Shown: piece by piece, positions 48,623 through 56,889 of the stretch | Numbering within the stretch: position 1 is the first letter of the stretch | Layout: each line of letters starts with the position of its first letter | Source: Candidatus Falkowbacteria bacterium RIFOXYC2_FULL_36_12 | GTDB lineage: Bacteria; Patescibacteriota; Patescibacteriia; UBA11705 | Assembly (NCBI GenBank): GCA_001778235.1 | Contig: MFGJ01000008.1 | Location: forward strand, 61,313 to 125,312 | Direction: 5' to 3' | Length of the DNA: 64,000 bases | The notes under the pieces: generated by a model | What the model was told of the DNA's origin: nothing | The model's input: the letters and a program-made list of their open reading frames with translations, nothing else | Databases searched by the model: none | Position numbers and translations under genes: made by a program

Positions 48623-51600
48623 ATGCGCATTCCAGACCTAGATTCCTTGAAATATTTTACTGGTAGCAAAATTAACCGAGAGGTGATTATTCCAAAGACT
48701 GAAATTGATGGCAATAAAATCGGTGATCAATTAATTGCACATCCTTCAAATACTAATTTTCGAGACGATCTCCGTGGTCACATCTATACAATAGTTGCTT
48801 TCACCAATGATACCTATAATAAAATATCTGCAATTATGCAATGTGGCGATTTATTGAATAAATGCTTTACATCAGTAGTTGCTGACCTACATGAAAAACA
48901 TATTAGAATCAGAAGTGGTAACACTTTTTTCAGCCAAAATGGAAATAGCTATATTGCCACAGACTCAACCAATCTAGCTGGTTTTTGCGTCAGAGACGAA
49001 CTAGTATGGAAAAATACAGCTGAAGTACCCCAGTGGTTACTATCACAAGATTTATGGCTTAAAAGAAAAGTTATTGTTGGATTCACAAATAGCGCTGAAG
49101 CAATTGTACAAGTTGATGACAAATATCATACCAAACTGACTCTCGACCAATTAACAAGCTTTAACCGAAAGACAAGTGTAATTAGTAGAAATAAAGAATT
49201 CCACTCAATTAGTAATACAGTAATCACTGTCACCGATACTCTTGAATACGAAGGTTACAAGGTAGGTCAAATACTCACATTAAAGACTGTAGATGCCCAT
49301 CCCCTTGTCAGAAACGCCTCAAAAATTGTTGTTGTTGGTTTTACTTCTATGAACGCTATCGTCAAGCAACTTGATTTAAATCTTTGTGTTTTGGATCATC
49401 TAATGGACACTAATAACTTTTTCCACAACACAGAAATAATCGCCCCAGAATTTCAGCATCTCTATCAAACAACACCAAGGGGAGAAACAGCCATGGACAG
49501 CTACTTCCTGCCAGACATTGTACCAAATCAGCAAAAAATTCTAACAGATAATGAAGTTGATTATACTTACTTTACCAATGTTAGAAATACTCAACTTAAT
49601 ATTGGACATGATGGTATTATCATCAATGATAAGTCTTCACTGGAAATGGCTTGCAACCTCCTAGGAATAATTGTTTCCGCCCAATACCCCACCAACTATG
49701 ACGGCCTGCTATGGTGTAGCTACCACAAAGCCAATGACACTGAATTGGCAACTCAAGTTAACACTCGATCTACCAAAATCAGAAAACACAGCTGGAACAC
49801 TGACACCAATCCATTCATCGCAATTATTCGAGAACACTTATTCCCGTACTTGCCTGAAACGATTGATACAGTCGTCTTGGAAGATGCCAATCATACATAT
49901 CGAGCCCCTACCAACAACAGTACTGAATTCCGCATTTTAAACTGGGCCACACCATCTGAAACTCAACAACTTGAACTCCCATCTCTAATCTTTGCTCGAG
50001 TCAGACCATCCTCAACTTCCTATGCTCAAAGTAATCTTGGTTTCGTCATCAGCTGTCCATATACAAAACACGATGTTGCCGAACTGATCGGAAATGATCT
50101 CTACATTCTATTCGATATTTGTCCACATGGTAGTGCCAATGAACTGGAAATTTTCCAAGAAATTATTATTAGAGTAGCAAAATTCTTGCAAATGCCTGAA
50201 GCAGAACAACGAGCCTATGAAAAAAAACTCTTTGACCGCAATAAAATTGTATTGATAAGTTGGAATAGAACTGGTGATAAAACCGAACAAGCCAAAGTCA
50301 CTGCTTCCCGAGCCTTTCATGAAATCACTGGAAAATTTAGCCAAATTAGAATAACTCCATGCACTAAAGAACAAATACCTCTACAAACAGCACAAAGAGC
50401 TGATCGTCCGGATATTCTATCAATTTATCTCTGGGCAGGTATTTCAGACACTACTCCATCCGTCCCATCTCCCAAAAATATTTTTGGTGTTCAAACTCCC
50501 TATCCAGGTGAAGCAGGCTTTTTTGGTTTTGATGCATCTAACATTAGTTATGTAATTTTTGATGGAGAAACAGCAATCGCTGAAATCCTTGGTAATTCTG
50601 TATATGTTCTTCATTCAATCTTCGCGAAGAATGAACCAAACGAACAAAAACTTTTAGAAATTATTTTTGGTAAAATCGCTGATTTCTACAAACTGTCTGA
50701 AGAAGAACAAAAACAAGCTTATACCGCCCAAGCCCCTATTAGAGATGAAATACAAAAAAAAGCCCAGCAGCTTAAAAAAATACAGATTGTAACCTTTGGC
50801 AACATGCGTGCAACAAAAGCAAAGACTATTGCCACCATCTATGAAGCCTTAATGCCAATTATTGAGAATTACCAGAAAATCAAATTTCACTACGGAAATG
50901 CTAAGACACTTAATAATGATGAAACAACCGCCATAGCCAATTCTGATGGTTGTCTAAACATCTATCTCTGGGCTGGTATTGCTGAATCAAATCCAAATGG
51001 TAAAACCGTCAAATCATTTAAAGAGAAGATGTTTGACATAGCAATCCCCCACTATTCTTCTGAACCTCGCTTCACGCCGTCATACAAAGAATATGTAATT
51101 TTTGATGACGACGAACCCATTGCTGAAATTATCAATGATACGATTATTATTCTAGCTCTAGTTTGTTTTGAAAATGACCCACACGAATATCAGTTACTTT
51201 CTGAAACCCTAAAAAGAGCTACTGCGTATTATGTCCTATCACCTGAACAAAAATCAGCACTTGTAGCTACGCAACGCAAACAAAAAAAATTCCGCTATTT
51301 CAATCTGTCATCATATGACCAGTTTAGGACTCAATTAACTTCTTCAGCCAAAACTCATCTTGTACCATTCCTACCCGACGATATACATATACTCAATTTT
51401 TCCTATGATCAAGTTAAAGTAAAAAATGAACATAAAGCCAAAGCAAAAGAATTTAGTGTCCATCTATACGCTTGCCCAGAAGAACAAATAGCCGACCAAG
51501 TTTATTGCCCGAAAACATTACTTGGGATTGCAGGCACTGATACAGACTACAAAGCTTTCACTCTTGAAGGTGAAAACTTTGCTGTAATAGATGATGATAC

Positions 51601-52426
51601 AAAGTTTATTGTCGCTGAATTAATTGGCAACGATCTCTACATTGGTCTGCCGATTCTACGCTTTCACCATGGTCAGGGCTACTCTACCTCTATCAGCTTG
51701 TGCGAAAAAATATTCCAGCAGATTTCTGTTTTTCTACGAATGACTCCAGAAGAACTAAAACTCTATCACGAAGAAAAACTAAAAAGAAATCGTGATCGTT
51801 ATATCTCTATCACTCTAAAACGGCTTGATACTGAAAGACAAGAACACCTTGATAAAATCAATAAAAATGCCGAAAAAATTCAATCCATGGAAAAAGAACT
51901 GATTGAGCTAAGAAGATCCCAAGCAAAAAGTAGCCGTGAATTACAAATGCTTGATAATGAAAATGATACATTCCGAGCAAAGTTAGCCGAAGAATTTGAT
52001 GCTATTATCAAATTCTCAAAAATTGTTGATATTAAAATTACTTCTGATGGAAATTATCTTGTCTGCACCACAAAAACAATCTATGCACGGCATCCTCAAA
52101 CAAAAAAATATCATCAGATTGGTGCTTTCAAAATCATCATGTCAACTCATGGCAGAATAGACGCAAAAATCGTAACCTTTATTAATCTGACAAAAACCAT
52201 TGTCGGGTATAATGGTGATAATTTTTATGCACCGCATGTCTCGGCCACTGGTCATCCATGTCTTGGAACCATTGAAGGAACTTTACCCCAACTTATTGCC
52301 AGTTATGATTTCAGCGCTGCCATAATTCTCTGTATCGGATTCCTCGAGCAAGTAAACATCCATGACAATTGGGGACGCCATATTGATAAATGGGTACCAA
52401 TCCTTGATCAACTGCCCACCACCTAA
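48623..52426 (+). CDS. Giant multi-repeat protein with coiled coil and C-terminal E2 (ubiquitin-conjugating)-like domain
   Basis: Three ~90-aa repeats (IV[AG]FT), four ~170-aa repeats ([VI]AE[LI][IL]GN.LY), a coiled coil, then APHVSATGHPCLG (HPN-like motif + Cys, codon 52259). Adjacent to JAB, E1 and Ubl genes. Confidence 0.75.
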   Translation: MRIPDLDSLKYFTGSKINREVIIPKTEIDGNKIGDQLIAHPSNTNFRDDLRGHIYTIVAFTNDTYNKISAIMQCGDLLNKCFTSVVADLHEKHIRIRSGNTFFSQNGNSYIATDSTNLAGFCVRDELVWKNTAEVPQWLLSQDLWLKRKVIVGFTNSAEAIVQVDDKYHTKLTLDQLTSFNRKTSVISRNKEFHSISNTVITVTDTLEYEGYKVGQILTLKTVDAHPLVRNASKIVVVGFTSMNAIVKQLDLNLCVLDHLMDTNNFFHNTEIIAPEFQHLYQTTPRGETAMDSYFLPDIVPNQQKILTDNEVDYTYFTNVRNTQLNIGHDGIIINDKSSLEMACNLLGIIVSAQYPTNYDGLLWCSYHKANDTELATQVNTRSTKIRKHSWNTDTNPFIAIIREHLFPYLPETIDTVVLEDANHTYRAPTNNSTEFRILNWATPSETQQLELPSLIFARVRPSSTSYAQSNLGFVISCPYTKHDVAELIGNDLYILFDICPHGSANELEIFQEIIIRVAKFLQMPEAEQRAYEKKLFDRNKIVLISWNRTGDKTEQAKVTASRAFHEITGKFSQIRITPCTKEQIPLQTAQRADRPDILSIYLWAGISDTTPSVPSPKNIFGVQTPYPGEAGFFGFDASNISYVIFDGETAIAEILGNSVYVLHSIFAKNEPNEQKLLEIIFGKIADFYKLSEEEQKQAYTAQAPIRDEIQKKAQQLKKIQIVTFGNMRATKAKTIATIYEALMPIIENYQKIKFHYGNAKTLNNDETTAIANSDGCLNIYLWAGIAESNPNGKTVKSFKEKMFDIAIPHYSSEPRFTPSYKEYVIFDDDEPIAEIINDTIIILALVCFENDPHEYQLLSETLKRATAYYVLSPEQKSALVATQRKQKKFRYFNLSSYDQFRTQLTSSAKTHLVPFLPDDIHILNFSYDQVKVKNEHKAKAKEFSVHLYACPEEQIADQVYCPKTLLGIAGTDTDYKAFTLEGENFAVIDDDTKFIVAELIGNDLYIGLPILRFHHGQGYSTSISLCEKIFQQISVFLRMTPEELKLYHEEKLKRNRDRYISITLKRLDTERQEHLDKINKNAEKIQSMEKELIELRRSQAKSSRELQMLDNENDTFRAKLAEEFDAIIKFSKIVDIKITSDGNYLVCTTKTIYARHPQTKKYHQIGAFKIIMSTHGRIDAKIVTFINLTKTIVGYNGDNFYAPHVSATGHPCLGTIEGTLPQLIASYDFSAAIILCIGFLEQVNIHDNWGRHIDKWVPILDQLPTT

Positions 52427-52443
52427 GGGAGGAGAACATAAAC

Positions 52444-53508
52444 ATGGCTGGAGAAAGCTTCTTTTCCGCAATGATGAAAGCTTTTTGGCTTGGTAGATCA
52501 ACTCCACCAGTACCTGTTCAAAGAAGATTATCAACCAGACAACCAACCTACTTTTCTCCAATTAAAACCTCACCTGAAATTTTTATCTCACAAGAAATCA
52601 TTCCACTAATTCTAATTAGCGCCAAAGCTTATGCCAAAATATGGTATTATATCAGAAGTGCTATGAATTTAAGAGATGAAGAAGTCAGTTGGTTTGGAAC
52701 AGTTGATTGGGACAAAAAAACTCACATCATGACCATTGACGATGTTTTCATTCTGAAACAAAACAATACAACCATGAGTACTTCAATTGCTCCCAATGCC
52801 CTCATTGAATTCTGGCAATCTCAACCTGAAGAAGTTACCGCTCGAATTGCTTTTTGGGGACACTATCACCCACATGGCTGTACAGATCCATCACCAAAGG
52901 ACAATGAACAACTATTAGAATTTGCTGACAACAATGATTTCTTCATTAGAGGGATTTTCACTGCTGATGGCAAACTTTGTTTCACGGTTATGCTGACATA
53001 CGACAATAAACCCAACATCATTGTTATGGATGCTCCATGGGATCATGTTGACCCGAGTAACTTCTTTGACTCATCAGTTCAAACCCAAACTGAAAAAGAC
53101 TTTGCAGATGCAGTAAAAACATTTGTGCCTCCACCCAATCGAAGAAGCCGAACACATCATATTCCTCCAAACGATAGAAGATTTGTTCAGGCAACAGATC
53201 CTATTATTCCACCGTATGCCTCCCAAAATGGAACTCATGATATTAAAGCATACCCACTTGCTGGCACAATTGATCATAGACTAAGCCCAGTTATTCCCAC
53301 TTTACCAAGCGCACCAATCACTCCAACTTTTACTTCACCACAAAGAACCGGCTCTGCGACTATAACATTTACCTCTAAACCATCACTCCCTTCCGAAAAC
53401 CATGAACAACCAGAACCATCTTCACCATCTGACCAAAGTCCAGTTGACACTTCTGAAGCACCCACTTCTGATGAAGATCCAGACACAACCACTCTCGAGG
53501 TAAACTAA
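52444..53508 (+). CDS. JAB/MPN+ metallopeptidase with Pro/Ser/Thr-rich tail
   Basis: E..WFG and WGHYHP....PSPKD (E...HxH-x7-S-x2-D JAMM motif); GGAGG SD. Confidence 0.88.
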   Translation: MAGESFFSAMMKAFWLGRSTPPVPVQRRLSTRQPTYFSPIKTSPEIFISQEIIPLILISAKAYAKIWYYIRSAMNLRDEEVSWFGTVDWDKKTHIMTIDDVFILKQNNTTMSTSIAPNALIEFWQSQPEEVTARIAFWGHYHPHGCTDPSPKDNEQLLEFADNNDFFIRGIFTADGKLCFTVMLTYDNKPNIIVMDAPWDHVDPSNFFDSSVQTQTEKDFADAVKTFVPPPNRRSRTHHIPPNDRRFVQATDPIIPPYASQNGTHDIKAYPLAGTIDHRLSPVIPTLPSAPITPTFTSPQRTGSATITFTSKPSLPSENHEQPEPSSPSDQSPVDTSEAPTSDEDPDTTTLEVN

Positions 53509-54201
53509 ATGTCAACCACACTAAACGAACATCTCAACCTTGTCAGACATCAACAACTTTTCAATCCTGCTGACTTGGAAGATCAAGAAATTCATGTGAT
53601 TGGTGTTGGAGCTACTGGTTCTAGAATTGCCTTATTGCTTGCCGAACTTGGAATTGAGAATCTACATCTCTGGGACTATGATACTGTTGAAGCCCACAAT
53701 GTACCCAATCAAGCTTATGGTCTGCAACATGTTGGACAATTAAAGGTTGATGCTATGGCTGAAATCATTGGAAGAGACACCAAAGCCAAAGTCATTACCC
53801 ATAATGAAAAAGTTGATGGCACTCAACATTTCGAAGGTTATGTTTTCCTGCTTGTTGATTCACTTGAAGCTAGACGACAAATCTATCAAGGAGCTCTAAA
53901 ACTAAATCCTCATATCCAAGCAATAATTGAAACCAGGATGGGCCCATTTGAAGGCAGAGTTTATATTTTCAAGCCAATCAATGTCAAACATGCTAGACAA
54001 TGGGAAAGGTCTGTCACACCAACAGTCCCTGTCCTTGCTTCAGCCTGTGGTACTGTACCTACACTTGGTAGCACCGCTACTCTGATTGCAGGTATGGCAG
54101 TCAACCAATTCATGCGTTGGACAAAAAACTCACTTGAAGTTGAAAATGAAATGATTTTTGCCACAAATCCATGGACAATCTTGACATTTAATTGGGAATA
54201 G
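53509..54201 (+). CDS. ThiF/E1-like Ubl-activating enzyme
   Basis: IGVGATGS, WDYDTVEAHNVPNQ, K, LVDSLEAR, ETRMG; single Cys in SACG. Confidence 0.92.
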   Translation: MSTTLNEHLNLVRHQQLFNPADLEDQEIHVIGVGATGSRIALLLAELGIENLHLWDYDTVEAHNVPNQAYGLQHVGQLKVDAMAEIIGRDTKAKVITHNEKVDGTQHFEGYVFLLVDSLEARRQIYQGALKLNPHIQAIIETRMGPFEGRVYIFKPINVKHARQWERSVTPTVPVLASACGTVPTLGSTATLIAGMAVNQFMRWTKNSLEVENEMIFATNPWTILTFNWE

Positions 54202-54276
54202 TTTATACTCATATATCAAACAATCAACTCCTTCAACCACCCCCAAACGCCCTTAACCAAGGGAGGGAGAAACACC

Positions 54277-54666
54277 ATGCCTGACACTAATGATGAGTTG
54301 AAATTCACAATTGGACAAACTCTAAGAGAAATTGCTAGAACTAATGGTCTTATCCCTGAAAACTTCAAATTCTGTGTTAATGGACGCCGAGTAACTCTTG
54401 ATTACAATGTCTTGGAAGGTGATGTTATTTCTGCTGAATCAATTGATGATTCAGTTATCACTGTCCGAGTCCAGAAAATTCCTGGCAAGGCTAACTACTT
54501 TGATCTTCCTCATGGTGCAACCGTAGAACAGGCACTTAATGTTGCCGGATATAGAAACCTCACATCAGAATTTGAAGTCAAACGAGGTACAGAATATGTT
54601 GCCCTCAATGCTGAAGTCTTTCATAGTGACACTATCGTACTAGCAAGACCAACTACTGGTAATTAA
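54277..54666 (+). CDS. Tandem ubiquitin-like (beta-grasp, ThiS/MoaD-like) protein ending in -TGN
   Basis: Two repeats: GQTLREIA...VNG....LDY.VLEGDVI and GATVEQAL..AG....LNAEVFHSDTIVL; Gly penultimate; strong SD. Confidence 0.82.
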   Translation: MPDTNDELKFTIGQTLREIARTNGLIPENFKFCVNGRRVTLDYNVLEGDVISAESIDDSVITVRVQKIPGKANYFDLPHGATVEQALNVAGYRNLTSEFEVKRGTEYVALNAEVFHSDTIVLARPTTGN

Positions 54667-54674
54667 AAAAAACT

Positions 54675-54700
54675 GACTATTTAATACAATAGTCTTTTTT
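54675..54700 (+). terminator. Intrinsic terminator closing the Ubl operon
   Basis: GACTATT-TAATAC-AATAGTC-TTTTTT. Confidence 0.75.
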
Positions 54701-54811
54701 ATTTTCTCATTAATTCAAAATTCATACTATAAATACTTTCTCTCCTTACATTTTTTAATTTATTCACCTTGCAAATCATTTTCCACCGTATTAAGCATTT
54801 ACTTTAATATT

Positions 54812-55240
54812 AAATCCCACGAACATGATAAGCCTCGGGGCTTGCCTGCCGTAATCTTGATGAAGGCAGGTCTGGGGGCTTTCTTGTCGTCAACACCACC
54901 ACTAAGAAAGCATCAAACATGAACATCTCAGGGGCTTGCCTGCCGTAATCTTGATGAAGGCAGGTCTGGAGCGGCAATGCGCGCTACCAACACGCTCATT
55001 TGTCACCCCTGAAATTAATTCAGGGCAGGCTCTGAATTTATTTCAGGGTATAATCAAGCTATCCCTTTATACTCTGAAATCCATCTTCGTTAAAACTTCG
55101 CTGGACAAGCAAGTTCAGAGTGACAAATTGAAATATATAAACAACAATAACAACTAACGCATCTTGCCCGTCTTCATCGTGAAGTCGAGACAGGCTATGC
55201 TTTCAGGCAGGGTGTCAAAAAAACTTGCTTTAGCAAAATG
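54812..55240. repeat. Repeat cluster (same families as 22434-22635 and 41646-43500)
   Basis: 30-bp inserts at 54841-54870 and 54935-54964; REP-like pair at 55001-55124 with inserts. Confidence 0.88.
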
Positions 55241-55366
55241 ATAACTTACTTTAGTGAAACTTATCATCTTCTTTAATGTTAAATCCCACGAGCTGTCGCT
55301 AGTAATTTATGTTTATAACAAAAAAGTGCACTAAATTTAGTACACAATATTATTTAAACTCTATTC

Positions 55367-56719
55367 CTAATCGTCTCTACGAGAGTTCAGACGAAGTCTC
55401 GCCGTCCCCACACGACCGGACGGCAGTGCCGGCTGATCATTCGAAGGATTCAAAGCCGGTCCACTCACACCACCACCAAGGAGATTACTCTGTGCAGTTC
55501 TGGGTCGAATATCAGTCAAATCACTCTGCAAACTTCTCCAAGGAATGTCCATTGCAGTATAAAGCATAAACATGAGCATTCTTGTTTCCATTTGACTATT
55601 CGGAGGAAACTTGTCCCGATTACGAAGAAGCATAACAGCAGCAGCAAACTGCTTCAACTTCAATTCCATTCTCTCATGTTCCGAAGTCACATCGAGCAGA
55701 CCCCTTTCAACCAACATCAACTTCAATTCATCATCAGTAGTCGCTCCAACCATCAGAGGCAATTCCTTATTCTTCAACAAATTCTTCACATCCACAGATT
55801 CAGCCATCAATTCACGAGGAACTGGAAGAATCGGACCAGCAAACATCTTATTGAAATTCTGATGAGCCACATCAACCGCATCACGCACCATACCAGCGTC
55901 AACAGGTGAAGCAAAACTTACAAGAGAAGCAGTCGCGACAGAATTAGGATTAACCACCTTCTGCATACCAACTTCAATCGCATCATAAAATCTCTGCTGT
56001 CTGAAAACATCCGACGACTCAAACCACTTCTGAATCTGAACTGCAACATTATGCAAGGTTCTCCACAAAAACTTGTCAACTCGCTCATAGAAAACAGCTT
56101 TACGCGCATCATCAACAAAACTTCCATCCTTCGTGATTGCATCCAGAATGTGTCGGTACTGACGCCTTCTAATCTGTCGTTCCAGTGCGTAAAATGCAGG
56201 CTTCGACGGGGAGTCAATTTTCATCTGATGATCAAGCATCATCTTGTGCAAGACTGTTGGAATGCTAAAAAATCCCGTTCTATTAGCAAGTGCAACACTG
56301 ACTGCATAAACAACATCATTTGGCTCAATCAGATCGCGAAGTTCAGTGTCACGCTTCAAAACGCCAACAACAGTGTCATCATCAAAAGCAACATCTCCCA
56401 GCATATCTTCGACCTGAACATCTTCAACTACTTCAGCTTCTTTTTCATCAGCGCCATAAAGCATACCCAGATTCTTACGAAGCACAGCCTTGGGAACAAC
56501 CTTTGTATCAACCAATGCACCACACAAATCACCAAACGGAGCTGACTCTTGAGTCAAGTAATTTACAGCATCATCTTGGTAAATCTGGTCGAGGAAAAGC
56601 GGGTACAGACCATTAGCCAAAGTCTGAACATTCAGATGACATACTTCAGCAAATCTATTCAAACGACTAAGCATACTTTGGTGAAGTCTCTTTAGATCGA
56701 CAGAGACAACTTCGGTCAT
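55367..56719 (-). CDS. Hypothetical alpha-helical protein (450 aa), higher GC than neighbours
   Basis: GGAGG SD before ATG at 56719 (MTEVV); TTGACA(56852-57)-17-TAAATT promoter; no motif recognised. Confidence 0.75.
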   Translation of the reverse strand: MTEVVSVDLKRLHQSMLSRLNRFAEVCHLNVQTLANGLYPLFLDQIYQDDAVNYLTQESAPFGDLCGALVDTKVVPKAVLRKNLGMLYGADEKEAEVVEDVQVEDMLGDVAFDDDTVVGVLKRDTELRDLIEPNDVVYAVSVALANRTGFFSIPTVLHKMMLDHQMKIDSPSKPAFYALERQIRRRQYRHILDAITKDGSFVDDARKAVFYERVDKFLWRTLHNVAVQIQKWFESSDVFRQQRFYDAIEVGMQKVVNPNSVATASLVSFASPVDAGMVRDAVDVAHQNFNKMFAGPILPVPRELMAESVDVKNLLKNKELPLMVGATTDDELKLMLVERGLLDVTSEHERMELKLKQFAAAVMLLRNRDKFPPNSQMETRMLMFMLYTAMDIPWRSLQSDLTDIRPRTAQSNLLGGGVSGPALNPSNDQPALPSGRVGTARLRLNSRRDD

Positions 56720-56889
56720 GACACACCTCCACACACCCTCCGCTGTCACCCCAGCGGGCAAGGTTCGCAGGTCCGCCTTGGCCTGCAAGTCTATTTTATT
56801 TAATTGTAATGACCTTCGCAGAAACCATAATTTACCAAAACTTTTCAACTTTGTCAAACAAATCACATGTTAAACAATTTTCTTCTATT

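Noticed and set aside
53509-54666. ThiF/ThiS or MoeB/MoaD cofactor-biosynthesis pair
   Set aside because: No thi/moa/sulfur genes nearby, the Ubl is tandem without terminal GG, and E2-like and JAB genes are co-operonic.
55139-55157. Second Asn-codon run (AACAACAATAACAAC)
   Set aside because: It lies in a repeat-derived frame with no promoter, attenuator hairpins or relevant downstream gene.
48581-56866. Prophage or integrative element carrying the Ubl operon
   Set aside because: No integrase, phage structural genes or att-like direct repeats found, and strand skew matches the surrounding chromosome.
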